DNA of 53,539 bases from a virus (IMGVR_UViG_3300033143_002559:1-53539); one strand, 5' to 3'. Shown: positions 36,969 through 46,007, counted from the stretch's first letter. Notes: a model not told the origin generated them from the sequence alone. Translations and numbers: made by a program.

Positions 36969-38847
36969 CGTCGATGACTCTTGCTTGGAGCTGTTGGATG
37001 ATGTTCGTGAGTTGGGCGATGGTTTGCGCCATAGCCTCGCCAGCCATTTTGGAACCCTCGATGTCGAGCTCATTCTTAACCTCCTGCATATCGAACTCCG
37101 CTAGGAATTCGTTGAGGACGAGATCATACACATCAAGGAAGTTTCCGGCGAGGGCAGCAAGTGGCCCGCCCTCAACAGCCACCGATCCCATCTCCGCCGC
37201 ACCGTTGAAGATTTCCGGTAGCTTGTCGACCATTGCCAGGATCTCTTGTTTCTTGATCGCCTTGGACATGGTTTGCGAGTTGACCTTGGTCTCGATGATG
37301 ATTTGGTCTTTCCAGTATCCCGGCGGGAACTCGATGGTCATGGCCTTCATCATCTCGCCAAGCTCCTCGTCCTGGGCGTCGATGAAGATTTGCATGGACT
37401 GGGGATTGAACTGGCGGTAGCGCGAGTATTGCATCTGGACGATGCGGGCGAGGAACTCCCGGTAGCGGGTCATCATCTCGAACAGGGGTTGCATGGCCCG
37501 CTCGAGGATGGCGCTGGTTCCGGTCGCGGTCGGCCGTTCCGCGAGCTCCTGGCCGAAGAAGGCCGGCGGGATAGAGGCGGCATCGTGCATGTGCTTGACG
37601 ATGCGCTCGAGCAGGTTGAGGAGGAAGCCAACATCGCCGGAGGCCAGGCGGACCTCCATGATCCCTTTGCGGAGATCGTCGATCATCGCATCCTCAACTT
37701 CGGCCAGGCCGGGGCCGAGTTCCCCGTTATCGAGGAAGTTGGAGAGTTTGAGGCGCTTGAGGGCGATGAGGAGCGGGTTGATCGCTCGCACGCCAGCGTC
37801 GAGGAGGATGTTCATAATCGCCACGTATGCGCGGTGGAGCTGATCCAGCACGGAGCAGAGCGATTTGCCGTCCATTGAGGCGAGGGTTGGGTGCCAGGCG
37901 AAGGTTGAGTACGGGCGGGGGAAGTCCTGGTAGAAGGGGCCATGCGCTGCCAGCCACGTTTTCTGTTTCAGGTCGAGGATGATGACGACCTCTTCGCCGT
38001 CGTAGACGGTGTAGGTCTCCATGAGGGAGACCTCCGAGAGTTCGGTCTTGTTCGCCTTGGGCTCAATCCCGTGGGCAGCATGGATCTCTTCCTTGGCGAG
38101 TTCGGCATCGGCATCCTCGCGGGCCTCACCGATCGACATAGGATCCAGGTCTTTGCGGTAGTAGTCCTTGTCCTGTTCGATCTTGATTTTCCCCGGCGTA
38201 CTCTCGAACCGCTCACAGAACCACCTTGCCTCATCGACCGATGCGGAGGGGATGGGGTGATAGATCCGGCGGGTATCGACAACGTAGGGGAAGCACCCCT
38301 CGTCCTCGATAATGGTTTTGGTTTGTTCAACGTCCTCGCCCATCTCATCGACATCCCAGTACCGGATTTTTCGCTCACGGAAGGACCAGGCGGTTTTGAC
38401 GACGGACTTGGTGAAGATTTGGGCGCCGCGGATCGAGTCGTTAACGACGGCCTCGTATTTCGAGCGATCGGCCATCCAGTCGATGAGGACATCGTGCGCG
38501 GAGGCCATTTCGGTAAATCCAGGCCGGCCCTTGCCGACGAAGATTTGATCCTGGGCGAACACTGGGTTGGAGATGTTCGACCCGGCGTGCCTGCAAATCT
38601 CGAACGTGATGGTGAAATCGAGTTGCGCGTCTTTGTCGCCGCGGGCCTTGGGATCTCCGGTGGCCCAGTAGTTTTCCTCGCAGGACGTCCATTCCGGCTC
38701 GAGGGTGTCCTTGCGGTTCTCCACCACCTCGTCGATCTCGTCACAGAGGGCGACAACGAAGGCATCGAACGCCTCATCTTCTCCGAGCTTCTTGACTAAG
38801 TGGGTTATTTCGTAGGTTTGCGGGGGTTTCCGTGTGGCTTGAGTCAT
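36871..38847 (-). CDS. Portal protein
   Basis: 658 aa right after TerL; DGKSLCSVLDQLH, ERPTATGTSAIL. Confidence 0.88.
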   Translation of the reverse strand: MTQATRKPPQTYEITHLVKKLGEDEAFDAFVVALCDEIDEVVENRKDTLEPEWTSCEENYWATGDPKARGDKDAQLDFTITFEICRHAGSNISNPVFAQDQIFVGKGRPGFTEMASAHDVLIDWMADRSKYEAVVNDSIRGAQIFTKSVVKTAWSFRERKIRYWDVDEMGEDVEQTKTIIEDEGCFPYVVDTRRIYHPIPSASVDEARWFCERFESTPGKIKIEQDKDYYRKDLDPMSIGEAREDADAELAKEEIHAAHGIEPKANKTELSEVSLMETYTVYDGEEVVIILDLKQKTWLAAHGPFYQDFPRPYSTFAWHPTLASMDGKSLCSVLDQLHRAYVAIMNILLDAGVRAINPLLIALKRLKLSNFLDNGELGPGLAEVEDAMIDDLRKGIMEVRLASGDVGFLLNLLERIVKHMHDAASIPPAFFGQELAERPTATGTSAILERAMQPLFEMMTRYREFLARIVQMQYSRYRQFNPQSMQIFIDAQDEELGEMMKAMTIEFPPGYWKDQIIIETKVNSQTMSKAIKKQEILAMVDKLPEIFNGAAEMGSVAVEGGPLAALAGNFLDVYDLVLNEFLAEFDMQEVKNELDIEGSKMAGEAMAQTIAQLTNIIQQLQARVIDDESQLVDIGGQVSDVPPAGMEPDGDQPPQASA

Positions 38848-40517
38848 CGTCTACCCCCACCTCTCACCAGTCCATAACGGACGGGCATCGGATGAACATT
38901 GGTTCCGTATTCGTCATCGCTCTCATCTCGAATATGGGTCGTGGAGTAGCGTTTGTCATCCTCTGCGTAGATCCACCAGTCAACGTGCATTGGCATGGTG
39001 TCCGCCAGCGCAGGGCTGTCTCCCATGATTGTTCCATCTGGTGCGATGTTGAGGTTGACCAGATGGGATACAACTTCTTCATGATCAGGGTATAGCACAA
39101 AAACCTGATGATCCGCAACGTAGGGATGGAATCTGTCGAGCAAGCGCCTGCCCTTGCTCTGCCCTCCTGGGGTAAACGGTTCGATTTTGATGTAGATGCT
39201 CCGCTTGACCATTTCCTGCTTCAGCCAGGCGCCAACCCACACTTGCATGGCGCCGGCCTCGGGGATGAGCAAGCGGGCATCCCACTTGATCCCCATGTCG
39301 AGGAGGGCGGTGATTTGCGCCATCGGGTTTGGGTGTTCCTCGCGCCAGTAGTCGAGCAGGCACCCGAAGCGCATTGACGGCAGCCACCAGAACGCGGTGA
39401 TACCGGAATCGTTGGAGTCTTTATTGAGTCCGCCGGTCGGATCCATCGCCACGGTAACGAAGCCGAGCGATGCTGGGTAAGCCACGCCGTCGATGTAGAT
39501 GGCTTGCAGTTTGCCGTTAGAGTCATGTGATCTGGTGTAGGGCAGGAAGTCCTCACGCCGGAAGCGCCGGATCCCCTCGTCGAGAAGGACGTTGAGCATC
39601 TGGTGAGCGAACTTGTAGGATCCCATTTGCCGGAGGGTTTTCTTGAGTCCCTCCATTGTTCGCCGCTCGGGGAAGATGGGTTGCCCCTCCTGCCACACGA
39701 GCTCGCGGTTGGGCTCCAGCACGCTCTCGTTGATGTACTCCTCGTTATCGGTTGGGAGTTTCAGGCCGAGGGAATCGAGGAAGTTATACCACTGGTCGTT
39801 GCAGTAGCATCCGAGAACCATCTTGCAGTAGTCGGGGCTCTTGAGGAGCTGTTCATAGTAGCCCTTCTCGCCGCCGGGCCAGAGGGTGCCGATGATGAGG
39901 AGGATGGAGTTTTCATCCTCGAACAGCGGGTCCAGGGTCTCAAGGAACTCGACGGCGCCGACCATCTCCGCGGCTGAGTTGGCGGCTTTGTTGTCCACAC
40001 CGTCGTCGACGATGATGATGTCGTAGTGCCCGCCGACGATACCGGACTTGACGCCGGCCAGGGTGACGGATGCCTCGGGGCTCTCGATGGTGCGCGTGAC
40101 GGAGAATTCCGTAGCGGTCCAGACGTTGCGCCTGGCATCCGGTGGTGGGACAAGGCCGGGGAAGTAGAGGCGCATGGCGCGGCCCTGGAGGATGTGTTTG
40201 ATCTTCCGGCCCTTCTTCTTCGCCTCGTCCAAGTTGTGCATACACATCAAGATACGTTTGTTTGGGTCGTTGATTAGGATGTGGACGATGTAGGCGATGT
40301 TGAGGAGCGAGGTCTTGAAGTGACCTCGAGGGACCATGCAGAGGAACCAGCGGTTTCCTTCGTCGAGCCCCTTTTGGAACCACATCGCCATAGCGAAGTG
40401 CAGCACGAGGGAGAGCTTGTGGAATTCGCAGAGATACCAGGCGGTCCAGAAGATGCTTTTCCGACACTTTGCTTGGATTTTCTTGATGTCAATGGGCGCT
40501 TCTTCGGCGCCTGGCAT
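38844..40517 (-). CDS. terL: Terminase large subunit
   Basis: Walker A PRGHFKTS, Walker B GGHYDIIIVDD, IIGTLW, nuclease VAMDP...DSGI. Confidence 0.95.
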   Translation of the reverse strand: MPGAEEAPIDIKKIQAKCRKSIFWTAWYLCEFHKLSLVLHFAMAMWFQKGLDEGNRWFLCMVPRGHFKTSLLNIAYIVHILINDPNKRILMCMHNLDEAKKKGRKIKHILQGRAMRLYFPGLVPPPDARRNVWTATEFSVTRTIESPEASVTLAGVKSGIVGGHYDIIIVDDGVDNKAANSAAEMVGAVEFLETLDPLFEDENSILLIIGTLWPGGEKGYYEQLLKSPDYCKMVLGCYCNDQWYNFLDSLGLKLPTDNEEYINESVLEPNRELVWQEGQPIFPERRTMEGLKKTLRQMGSYKFAHQMLNVLLDEGIRRFRREDFLPYTRSHDSNGKLQAIYIDGVAYPASLGFVTVAMDPTGGLNKDSNDSGITAFWWLPSMRFGCLLDYWREEHPNPMAQITALLDMGIKWDARLLIPEAGAMQVWVGAWLKQEMVKRSIYIKIEPFTPGGQSKGRRLLDRFHPYVADHQVFVLYPDHEEVVSHLVNLNIAPDGTIMGDSPALADTMPMHVDWWIYAEDDKRYSTTHIRDESDDEYGTNVHPMPVRYGLVRGGGRR

Positions 40518-41161
40518 CAGTTCTCCTCGCCCGGCATCTCGAGTGCGTCACCAAGCATTCGCTGTAGGCGGTCGTCCATTTGCTCGGCCTCTTTGTGGGC
40601 TTTCTTTAAGTCTGCGGGGATGAGCTCACGCATAGCGGACTTCTGTTTGGTTTTCAGGAACAGCCCGGTCCACTCGCGGATCTCTTTGGCGGCCAATTTG
40701 CGGTCGTCCTTGGAGGCCCCATCCTTGCCGGCCTGCCAGTCCTTCCACATTTTGATGGTTTCCGGAGCGGCTTCGATGAGGTGTTCGAGGAGGGTGATTT
40801 TGTGGCGGTAGAAGCGGTGAACGCACTCATCGACGTGCTGTTCGGTCCAGACCTTGTACGCAGCGGGGTTCTTTTCGGCCCATCGACGAGAGAGGCCGGG
40901 GTCGAGGCCGAGGATGCGGTCGATCTGCGTAAACTCCTCACCACCGACCTCATGGAGCAGGGAAACGTATTTCAGGCGGATGTTTTCGATGGCTGTGAGC
41001 TTGTCGGCGCCTACTGCGATGCGCCTTTCCTCGAAGGTGTCTTTGAGGGTTTGGTCGCCGCGGCCGTCCTCCGGGGAGGACACATCGGCGTCACGGCGGG
41101 CTTGCCGTTGAGCGATCCATCGTTTCGCCTTGGCGGTATCGGCGGGCTTTTTGCTCACCAT
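40517..41161 (-). CDS. Putative terminase small subunit
   Basis: HTH-like segment FTQIDRILGLDPGLSRRW; coupled directly to terL. Confidence 0.65.
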   Translation of the reverse strand: MVSKKPADTAKAKRWIAQRQARRDADVSSPEDGRGDQTLKDTFEERRIAVGADKLTAIENIRLKYVSLLHEVGGEEFTQIDRILGLDPGLSRRWAEKNPAAYKVWTEQHVDECVHRFYRHKITLLEHLIEAAPETIKMWKDWQAGKDGASKDDRKLAAKEIREWTGLFLKTKQKSAMRELIPADLKKAHKEAEQMDDRLQRMLGDALEMPGEEN

Positions 41162-41259
41162 CTTAGGATAACATGGGTTTCAAATGCTGCCGGCGCAACC
41201 CCGTGGTCTGCTAAACCGCGTCTGAGTTTAATTTTTCGTAGTCACACCGACAGCAAAAC

Positions 41260-41343
41260 TGGGGGGACTGCAGGAATCGAACCCACTAGCGAGAGGCCAC
41301 CCCGCCCCAGGTAATCCTGGTTCTCGCAACCATGCGCGCCCCC
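41260..41343 (-). ncRNA. tRNA-like element with long variable arm and non-canonical anticodon loop
   Basis: GGGGGCG...GTGGG TTCGATT CCTGC AGTCCCCCCA; D hairpin CGCA-TGGT-TGCG; CCAGG-ATTA-CCTGG. Confidence 0.65.
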
Positions 41344-41348
41344 ATCAA

Positions 41349-41618
41349 TCATTTCCAGGCGTCTCCGAACGCCTTTTGGGTTGACTCACTGACGATCTCA
41401 GCCATCCTTTGGGTCGTCATCATCTTCTTCGCGTCGTCGTAGTTTTCCGGGTGAACGACGAGGGTTTGTTCGCGCTTCTTGAAATACCGGTGGCGTCTTT
41501 CTCGGGCCTCGAGGTACGGCGCCATCGCCGCGGTCGCGGTTGGGAGCCTTGGTTTCAGCCCCAACGCCGCGGCCAGCGGGGCCGCTCCCAGGAACGCAAA
41601 AAATGATCGGCGGTTCAT
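41349..41618 (-). CDS. Twin-arginine signal-like small protein
   Basis: MNRRSFFAFLGAAPLAAALG. Confidence 0.6.
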   Translation of the reverse strand: MNRRSFFAFLGAAPLAAALGLKPRLPTATAAMAPYLEARERRHRYFKKREQTLVVHPENYDDAKKMMTTQRMAEIVSESTQKAFGDAWK

Positions 41619-41619
41619 A

Positions 41620-41802
41620 TCAAGCCTCATTCCATTTGACCGTGGCGGTCATTTGCTCATGGGCCTCGAAGACTTGCTCGACCGTCAGGCCTAAAAACGC
41701 CTCTTTCCCGATCATTTTGGCCTCGTGGGTGTCGGGCGCCCGCCCGTGGGTCTCCTCGAATTGCTCGATCGCCTCGCGGATGACGTCCGACAGGTCAGTC
41801 AT
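41620..41802 (-). CDS. Hypothetical protein
   Basis: 60 aa; GGAGG SD; overlapping junctions. Confidence 0.6.
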   Translation of the reverse strand: MTDLSDVIREAIEQFEETHGRAPDTHEAKMIGKEAFLGLTVEQVFEAHEQMTATVKWNEA

Positions 41803-42073
41803 CAGCAGCTTCCATCGCCTTCCGAATGACGCCGTAGGGGTTGTTGGGCAGGGAGACCGCCTTCATGCCGAGAACTGCCTGGGCCGCTGCCATAGCCAGC
41901 TTCTCGTAGTCGACGGAGGGCGCGATCGGCGGATCCAGGATCCTTTTGGCCGACGCCTTGGAGACAATAAAGGCATTCGCTCCCAGGTCCGCGACCTTCT
42001 TTTTCGAGGTGATGATCTTGTCCGCGCCTGATTCTGATTTCGCCATGTGAATTGGGATCGGGAATTTAGCCAT
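41795..42073 (-). CDS. Hypothetical protein
   Basis: 92 aa; AAGGAGG SD. Confidence 0.65.
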   Translation of the reverse strand: MAKFPIPIHMAKSESGADKIITSKKKVADLGANAFIVSKASAKRILDPPIAPSVDYEKLAMAAAQAVLGMKAVSLPNNPYGVIRKAMEAADD

Positions 42074-42093
42074 CTCTGCCTCCTTTTTTGATT

Positions 42094-42282
42094 CTACACT
42101 TTTTTGAACGGATCACGGATATTTGGGCGGCCGGGGCCGTTGGTGGTAGGCGCCGGGAAGTCGATTCTCTTCATTTTCCCGCCGCACTTTTGGCATACCG
42201 GGCCCTTGTCGCGGGCCTCGACGGAGCGGAAGGCCTCTTGGTTTCTGTTGCACTTGGCGCAGAAGTAGGCGTACATGGGCAT
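42094..42282 (-). CDS. FmdB-family zinc-ribbon protein
   Basis: MPMYAYFCAKC...PVCQKCGGKMKR. Confidence 0.85.
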   Translation of the reverse strand: MPMYAYFCAKCNRNQEAFRSVEARDKGPVCQKCGGKMKRIDFPAPTTNGPGRPNIRDPFKKV

Positions 42283-42590
42283 CAGCGATCTCCTTTCAGC
42301 CACCGGATCCATCTGGCGACGGGCTTTTCTGGTGGGGGTACTACGATCGAGGCCGCGGCGATCCTGCTGGCGTAGTTGTCACGCGCCTTCTTTGCTTCGG
42401 ACAGGTCGAACGAAAGGTCATCGACTCTATCGAGCCCCGCCATGATCTCCACCAGGCGCTCGAAGTCATGCCGGTCCTGATCGCGGTCCCAGGCGAGTCG
42501 TGCGAACAACGTCAGGGTTTGCTCCTCGAGGGCGTCTACCCTCTGATCGAGGCGCTTCCTGTTGATGACGGACTGGGATTTGTTGGTCAC
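42282..42590 (-). CDS. Hypothetical coiled-coil protein
   Basis: GTG start with GGAGGAG SD. Confidence 0.55.
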   Translation of the reverse strand: MTNKSQSVINRKRLDQRVDALEEQTLTLFARLAWDRDQDRHDFERLVEIMAGLDRVDDLSFDLSEAKKARDNYASRIAAASIVVPPPEKPVARWIRWLKGDR

Positions 42591-42922
42591 TTCTCCTCCT
42601 CGCAGAGATGGCATGGTTGTGCGTGATACGCGACGATTTCGCTCCCGCCGGGCCTTCCAAGGGATCTCGTGGTTGGGATAATCCCGGTATCGCCGCAGAG
42701 CTCACACGGCTCCTTCGGCGCCAGGCCGCGAAGAGTGGTGTTTTCTCGCCGCAACTCCATAATCTTCACCAACAGGCCCAGGAGGGCCGATGGGCGCCCG
42801 ATCGCCACTTCCATTGTGTCAAAATCCCACCACATGCTGAAGGTCTTCTGGATTTCTTGGCGGGTCATGTCTTCGAGGTGTTTAACATCGTAGACCCTGA
42901 AAGCACCAACGGATTCGCTCAT
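42587..42922 (-). CDS. Hypothetical zinc-finger protein
   Basis: PCELCGDTG...PCHLC; ATG 42922 with SD. Confidence 0.6.
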   Translation of the reverse strand: MSESVGAFRVYDVKHLEDMTRQEIQKTFSMWWDFDTMEVAIGRPSALLGLLVKIMELRRENTTLRGLAPKEPCELCGDTGIIPTTRSLGRPGGSEIVAYHAQPCHLCEEEK

Positions 42923-43098
42923 GGTCCGAGCCTCCCTTGCGTGAATGGTAGGCGCGGCCTCGGCTGTTCTCCCAGGTGCCACGCGACCTTGTTGCAGCGA
43001 GCGCAGACGATGTACCGGCCGATTTGCGGGATGTAGGCCCATTCCGCGTTGTGCCCTCTCAGCCAACACACGGGGCGTAGGAGGATTCTGATGTTCAT
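42919..43098 (-). CDS. DUF1660-like small Zn-binding protein
   Basis: 59 aa MNIRILLRPVCWLRGH...CARC; ATGA overlaps at both ends; not in the track. Confidence 0.6.
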   Translation of the reverse strand: MNIRILLRPVCWLRGHNAEWAYIPQIGRYIVCARCNKVAWHLGEQPRPRLPFTQGRLGP

Positions 43099-43304
43099 GG
43101 TCCCTCCCTAAATTCAAAGAACCGACGGCCGACAGGGAAGGAGATTCGCAGGCGCCAGATATCGACGACCCAGTAGTTCCAGCCCCACGCCTTGCGGTTG
43201 ATGTGGGCGAAGTACCACGTCCCATTTGGATACCAGAACAGCCACAGCCACTTCGAGTTGAGGAGGATCCACATGCCGGCGGAGTCTTTCCGTGGGAGTC
43301 TCAT
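43095..43304 (-). CDS. Trp-rich hypothetical protein
   Basis: 69 aa; ATGA coupling at both ends. Confidence 0.5.
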   Translation of the reverse strand: MRLPRKDSAGMWILLNSKWLWLFWYPNGTWYFAHINRKAWGWNYWVVDIWRLRISFPVGRRFFEFREGP

Positions 43305-44407
43305 GCAGGCACATCCTGCGTGCTGAACTCGTAGCTCATGGGGTCAGGGATTCCGAACCGCTCTTGCAGCGTCTTCCGCGCCCAGGTCTCGAATTTCACC
43401 TGGGGAGGGCGATGGGCCTCCATCTGCATCTTGTCCTCATCGTCGAGGGAGTTGTACAGGTCAGTCATCATGGCGTCGTGGACGCTGTAGAATTCCTGTT
43501 CCATGAGTCCTTTCGGCGTGTCGGAGTCAGCGAGGGCCTCAAGTTTCTCCGATGCCACATCAACGACGGTCTGTTGAGCATCCGTCAACCCGGTGAGCTT
43601 CATCAGCGTCATCGCGTGTTTCATAATGTGCTTCATTGTCTCCTCCAATGTTTCCGCATCTTCCGTGATCTGTTTCGGCGCCGGGCCCTTCTGGGCCTCC
43701 CCTTGTTTGTCACGATTCGTGATCCACGTCCGCGCCGCCGCCTTCCAGTTCTTCATCGGGGTCTTCGTAGATCCGATCAACCACCCCTTCGCATCGTTAG
43801 CGTCAACGAAGTCCGACCCATCGAACCGAGTCTCGCCCTTCTCGTCCAGATACGCCTGGACCTCCTCGACCGAGGGTTTGACCCACCCCTGTTTCTTCCC
43901 CTTTACAATCCCCTTCTTCTTAACATCACATACATCTACATCTACATCTACACCTACAACTACAGACGAACGCTCCTGTAACACACTGTCACGGTCTGAT
44001 AACGCTAGATCGTTAGGAACCGTTACATCACCGTTACGACCCTTATCCCTGAACCGTTGTTGCCTGATTCTACCCTGTTCTAGCTCCCTCTGATAGCTCG
44101 CTCGTTGCCGATATTCCCTGTAATTTACGATGTGCCATAGGTTCTGACCTACCGATACGATCCGACGACCCTCTTCCTTCTGACTCGTCGAATACGGGTC
44201 CGGTTTCGAGAGCTCCACCAACGCATCCTCCGCCTGCCCTACCGGCATGTTCGCTACCCTCGCTAGATTAGCCGCCGTACACCTGAAATTGCCCTCCTTG
44301 TCGCACATCAGCAGGATCGTGACCCACCCCCACTTCACATGAACCTTGTGGTCATTGATTGAAGACCTCAACATATCGCTCCACAGCAGTACGAAGTGGT
44401 CACTCAT
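43301..44407 (-). CDS. Phage replication initiator protein
   Basis: N-terminal wHTH (FVLLWSDMLRSSI...IVNYREYR...RQQRFR), low-complexity linker, PSVEEVQAY...GW...MKNWKAAARTW. Confidence 0.8.
   Translation of the reverse strand: MSDHFVLLWSDMLRSSINDHKVHVKWGWVTILLMCDKEGNFRCTAANLARVANMPVGQAEDALVELSKPDPYSTSQKEEGRRIVSVGQNLWHIVNYREYRQRASYQRELEQGRIRQQRFRDKGRNGDVTVPNDLALSDRDSVLQERSSVVVGVDVDVDVCDVKKKGIVKGKKQGWVKPSVEEVQAYLDEKGETRFDGSDFVDANDAKGWLIGSTKTPMKNWKAAARTWITNRDKQGEAQKGPAPKQITEDAETLEETMKHIMKHAMTLMKLTGLTDAQQTVVDVASEKLEALADSDTPKGLMEQEFYSVHDAMMTDLYNSLDDEDKMQMEAHRPPQVKFETWARKTLQERFGIPDPMSYEFSTQDVPA
43921..44042. repeat. Candidate replication origin repeats inside the initiator gene
   Basis: (TACATC)x3 plus clustered GTAAC/CGTTAC/GTCAC motifs. 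Confidence 0.5.
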
Positions 44408-44621
44408 TGACCGCCTCCTCGTTCTCGTTGGCCTCGGCCTCTAATGCCATGAACGTCTCTGCCGCCCTCGAGAACGGCCTGGACGCCCTCGCCTCCCACA
44501 TCGGGACCGTTGACTTGCTTACCCCCAACATCTCCGCCAGCGCCTCCTGTGTGATGCCCATGCGGTGTCTGAGATTGATGACTCTGTGCATCCAGTCCAT
44601 TTCGTCCATTAAAAGACTCAT
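44400..44621 (-). CDS. XRE/Cro-like HTH regulator
   Basis: LRHRMGITQEALAEMLGVSKSTVPMWE; GGAGG SD before ATG 44621. Confidence 0.88.
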   Translation of the reverse strand: MSLLMDEMDWMHRVINLRHRMGITQEALAEMLGVSKSTVPMWEARASRPFSRAAETFMALEAEANENEEAVNE

Positions 44622-44640
44622 TCGACAGCCTCCACTACTC

Positions 44641-44668
44641 AATTTACTACTAATTATCTAAAAGTCAA
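44641..44668 (-). promoter_or_regulatory. Sigma70-type leftward promoter
   Basis: TTGACT-N16-TAAATT on the minus strand in an AT-rich patch upstream of the Cro-like gene. Confidence 0.65.
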
Positions 44669-45194
44669 GAGGTCTAGTGAGGCATAGGAGGATCGAAAAT
44701 AGGTGCAAATTATGGGAGGGGGGTTTGTTCCTCCGTCCTCGTCCGGCTCGGGGGTGGACGGTGGCGGTTGGAGTCGGTGCCTCGTTGGATAGTGTACTCC
44801 ATAGGCTACACTCTCACCCCCACCACCACCACTGCTCGACGTCCTCCCGTCTCAGGTTTACATAATGCACGTTATCGGCAGCTAGGAGAGGACCACCCAA
44901 CGCACCAGGACCACGCCACGGCATGCACCATCTCATGTGGGCCCATACCACCCCCACCCAAGAGGGGAGTAGGTGAGACCGAGTGACGTACAACGTCATT
45001 CGCCAATTGACAACGACCACGGTAGTACTGCGTTCACCGTGGTTTCGGGAATCGCCACCCCAAGCCACCTCCCGCCGCACCAGCTCGGCCCATGCTACCC
45101 AACCGAACCCCACCAAGATCCACCCACCACCAAGAGATTAGTACCGGACTCGAGTCCGTGACCTGGTGCCCACCAACCCAACCCAAACCAACCA

Positions 45195-45223
45195 TTGACA
45201 TCCTAACCGACAAGGTATACCTT
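45195..45223 (+). promoter_or_regulatory. Sigma70-type early promoter
   Basis: TTGACA-N17-TACCTT; palindrome AAGGTATACCTT overlaps the -10. Confidence 0.75.
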
Positions 45224-45386
45224 TGTAGGTAGGCCCGGGCGCCATGCCAGGGCAAACCACAACCGAAAGGAGCACCAGCCCGCCACCCGGGCGGGACCAA
45301 CCCCCAAATACTACTAGCGTGGATCCTGGGGTGCGTCCCGCCCGTTGCTTTCATCACCGACCGAACACCGGAAAGGAGAGGATGGA

Positions 45387-45677
45387 ATGACCACGCGCAC
45401 CGCAAAACCGGGAGAGTTTGACGCATGGGTAGCAGCGGAGGTTGAGAAAATTAGAAAAGGAAGGAGTGACGGCATGTTCACGAAGCCGAACGACAGGTAC
45501 AAGGTTTGGGTCGTGATCGAGAGACAGACACCAGACGACGGAGAGGATATCTACACGGACATTTGCAGCCCCGTCGACGTCGGCCCGCCGCTTGGATACA
45601 ACACCCTCACGGCCGCGATCGAGGTGTTCTACGACATCACCGGAGAACGCCCGGAATGGAACGTGGAGGAACCATGA
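45387..45677 (+). CDS. Early hypothetical protein
   Basis: GAAAGGAG SD; first ORF after the promoter. Confidence 0.65.
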   Translation: MTTRTAKPGEFDAWVAAEVEKIRKGRSDGMFTKPNDRYKVWVVIERQTPDDGEDIYTDICSPVDVGPPLGYNTLTAAIEVFYDITGERPEWNVEEP

Positions 45678-46003
45678 CCACCTACCGCTACCAGTACCAG
45701 GAGCATCCCCACAACCACGGCACGCCAGAGCCCCACACGATCACCAGGGAGCAACTGTTAGCGCGTCTCACGGTCTGGAGAGGACACCCCGACGGCCTAG
45801 CGTCGGATCTGTTGCACCAGCTGGAGAACGGACGCCCCCACGGACAATGGTACAGACTTGCGCCGTTCGAGTCCTACCGCGTTGACATTGACCACCAGGA
45901 GCCCACCATCCCCCGAGACGTAGCCTGTGTCTCGACCGCGGAAGAGCAATTCATAGACGACCACATCGGGCAATCGGTTGATGACTTGATGGACCCTTGG
46001 TGA
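45674..46003 (+). CDS. Early hypothetical protein
   Basis: GGAGG SD; ATGA coupling. Confidence 0.6.
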   Translation: MTTYRYQYQEHPHNHGTPEPHTITREQLLARLTVWRGHPDGLASDLLHQLENGRPHGQWYRLAPFESYRVDIDHQEPTIPRDVACVSTAEEQFIDDHIGQSVDDLMDPW

Positions 46004-46007
46004 CACC

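Noticed and set aside
41260-41343. Functional ochre-suppressor tRNA or tmRNA
   Set aside because: TTA is not centred in a 7-nt loop with U33; the element is too short and has no tag ORF for tmRNA
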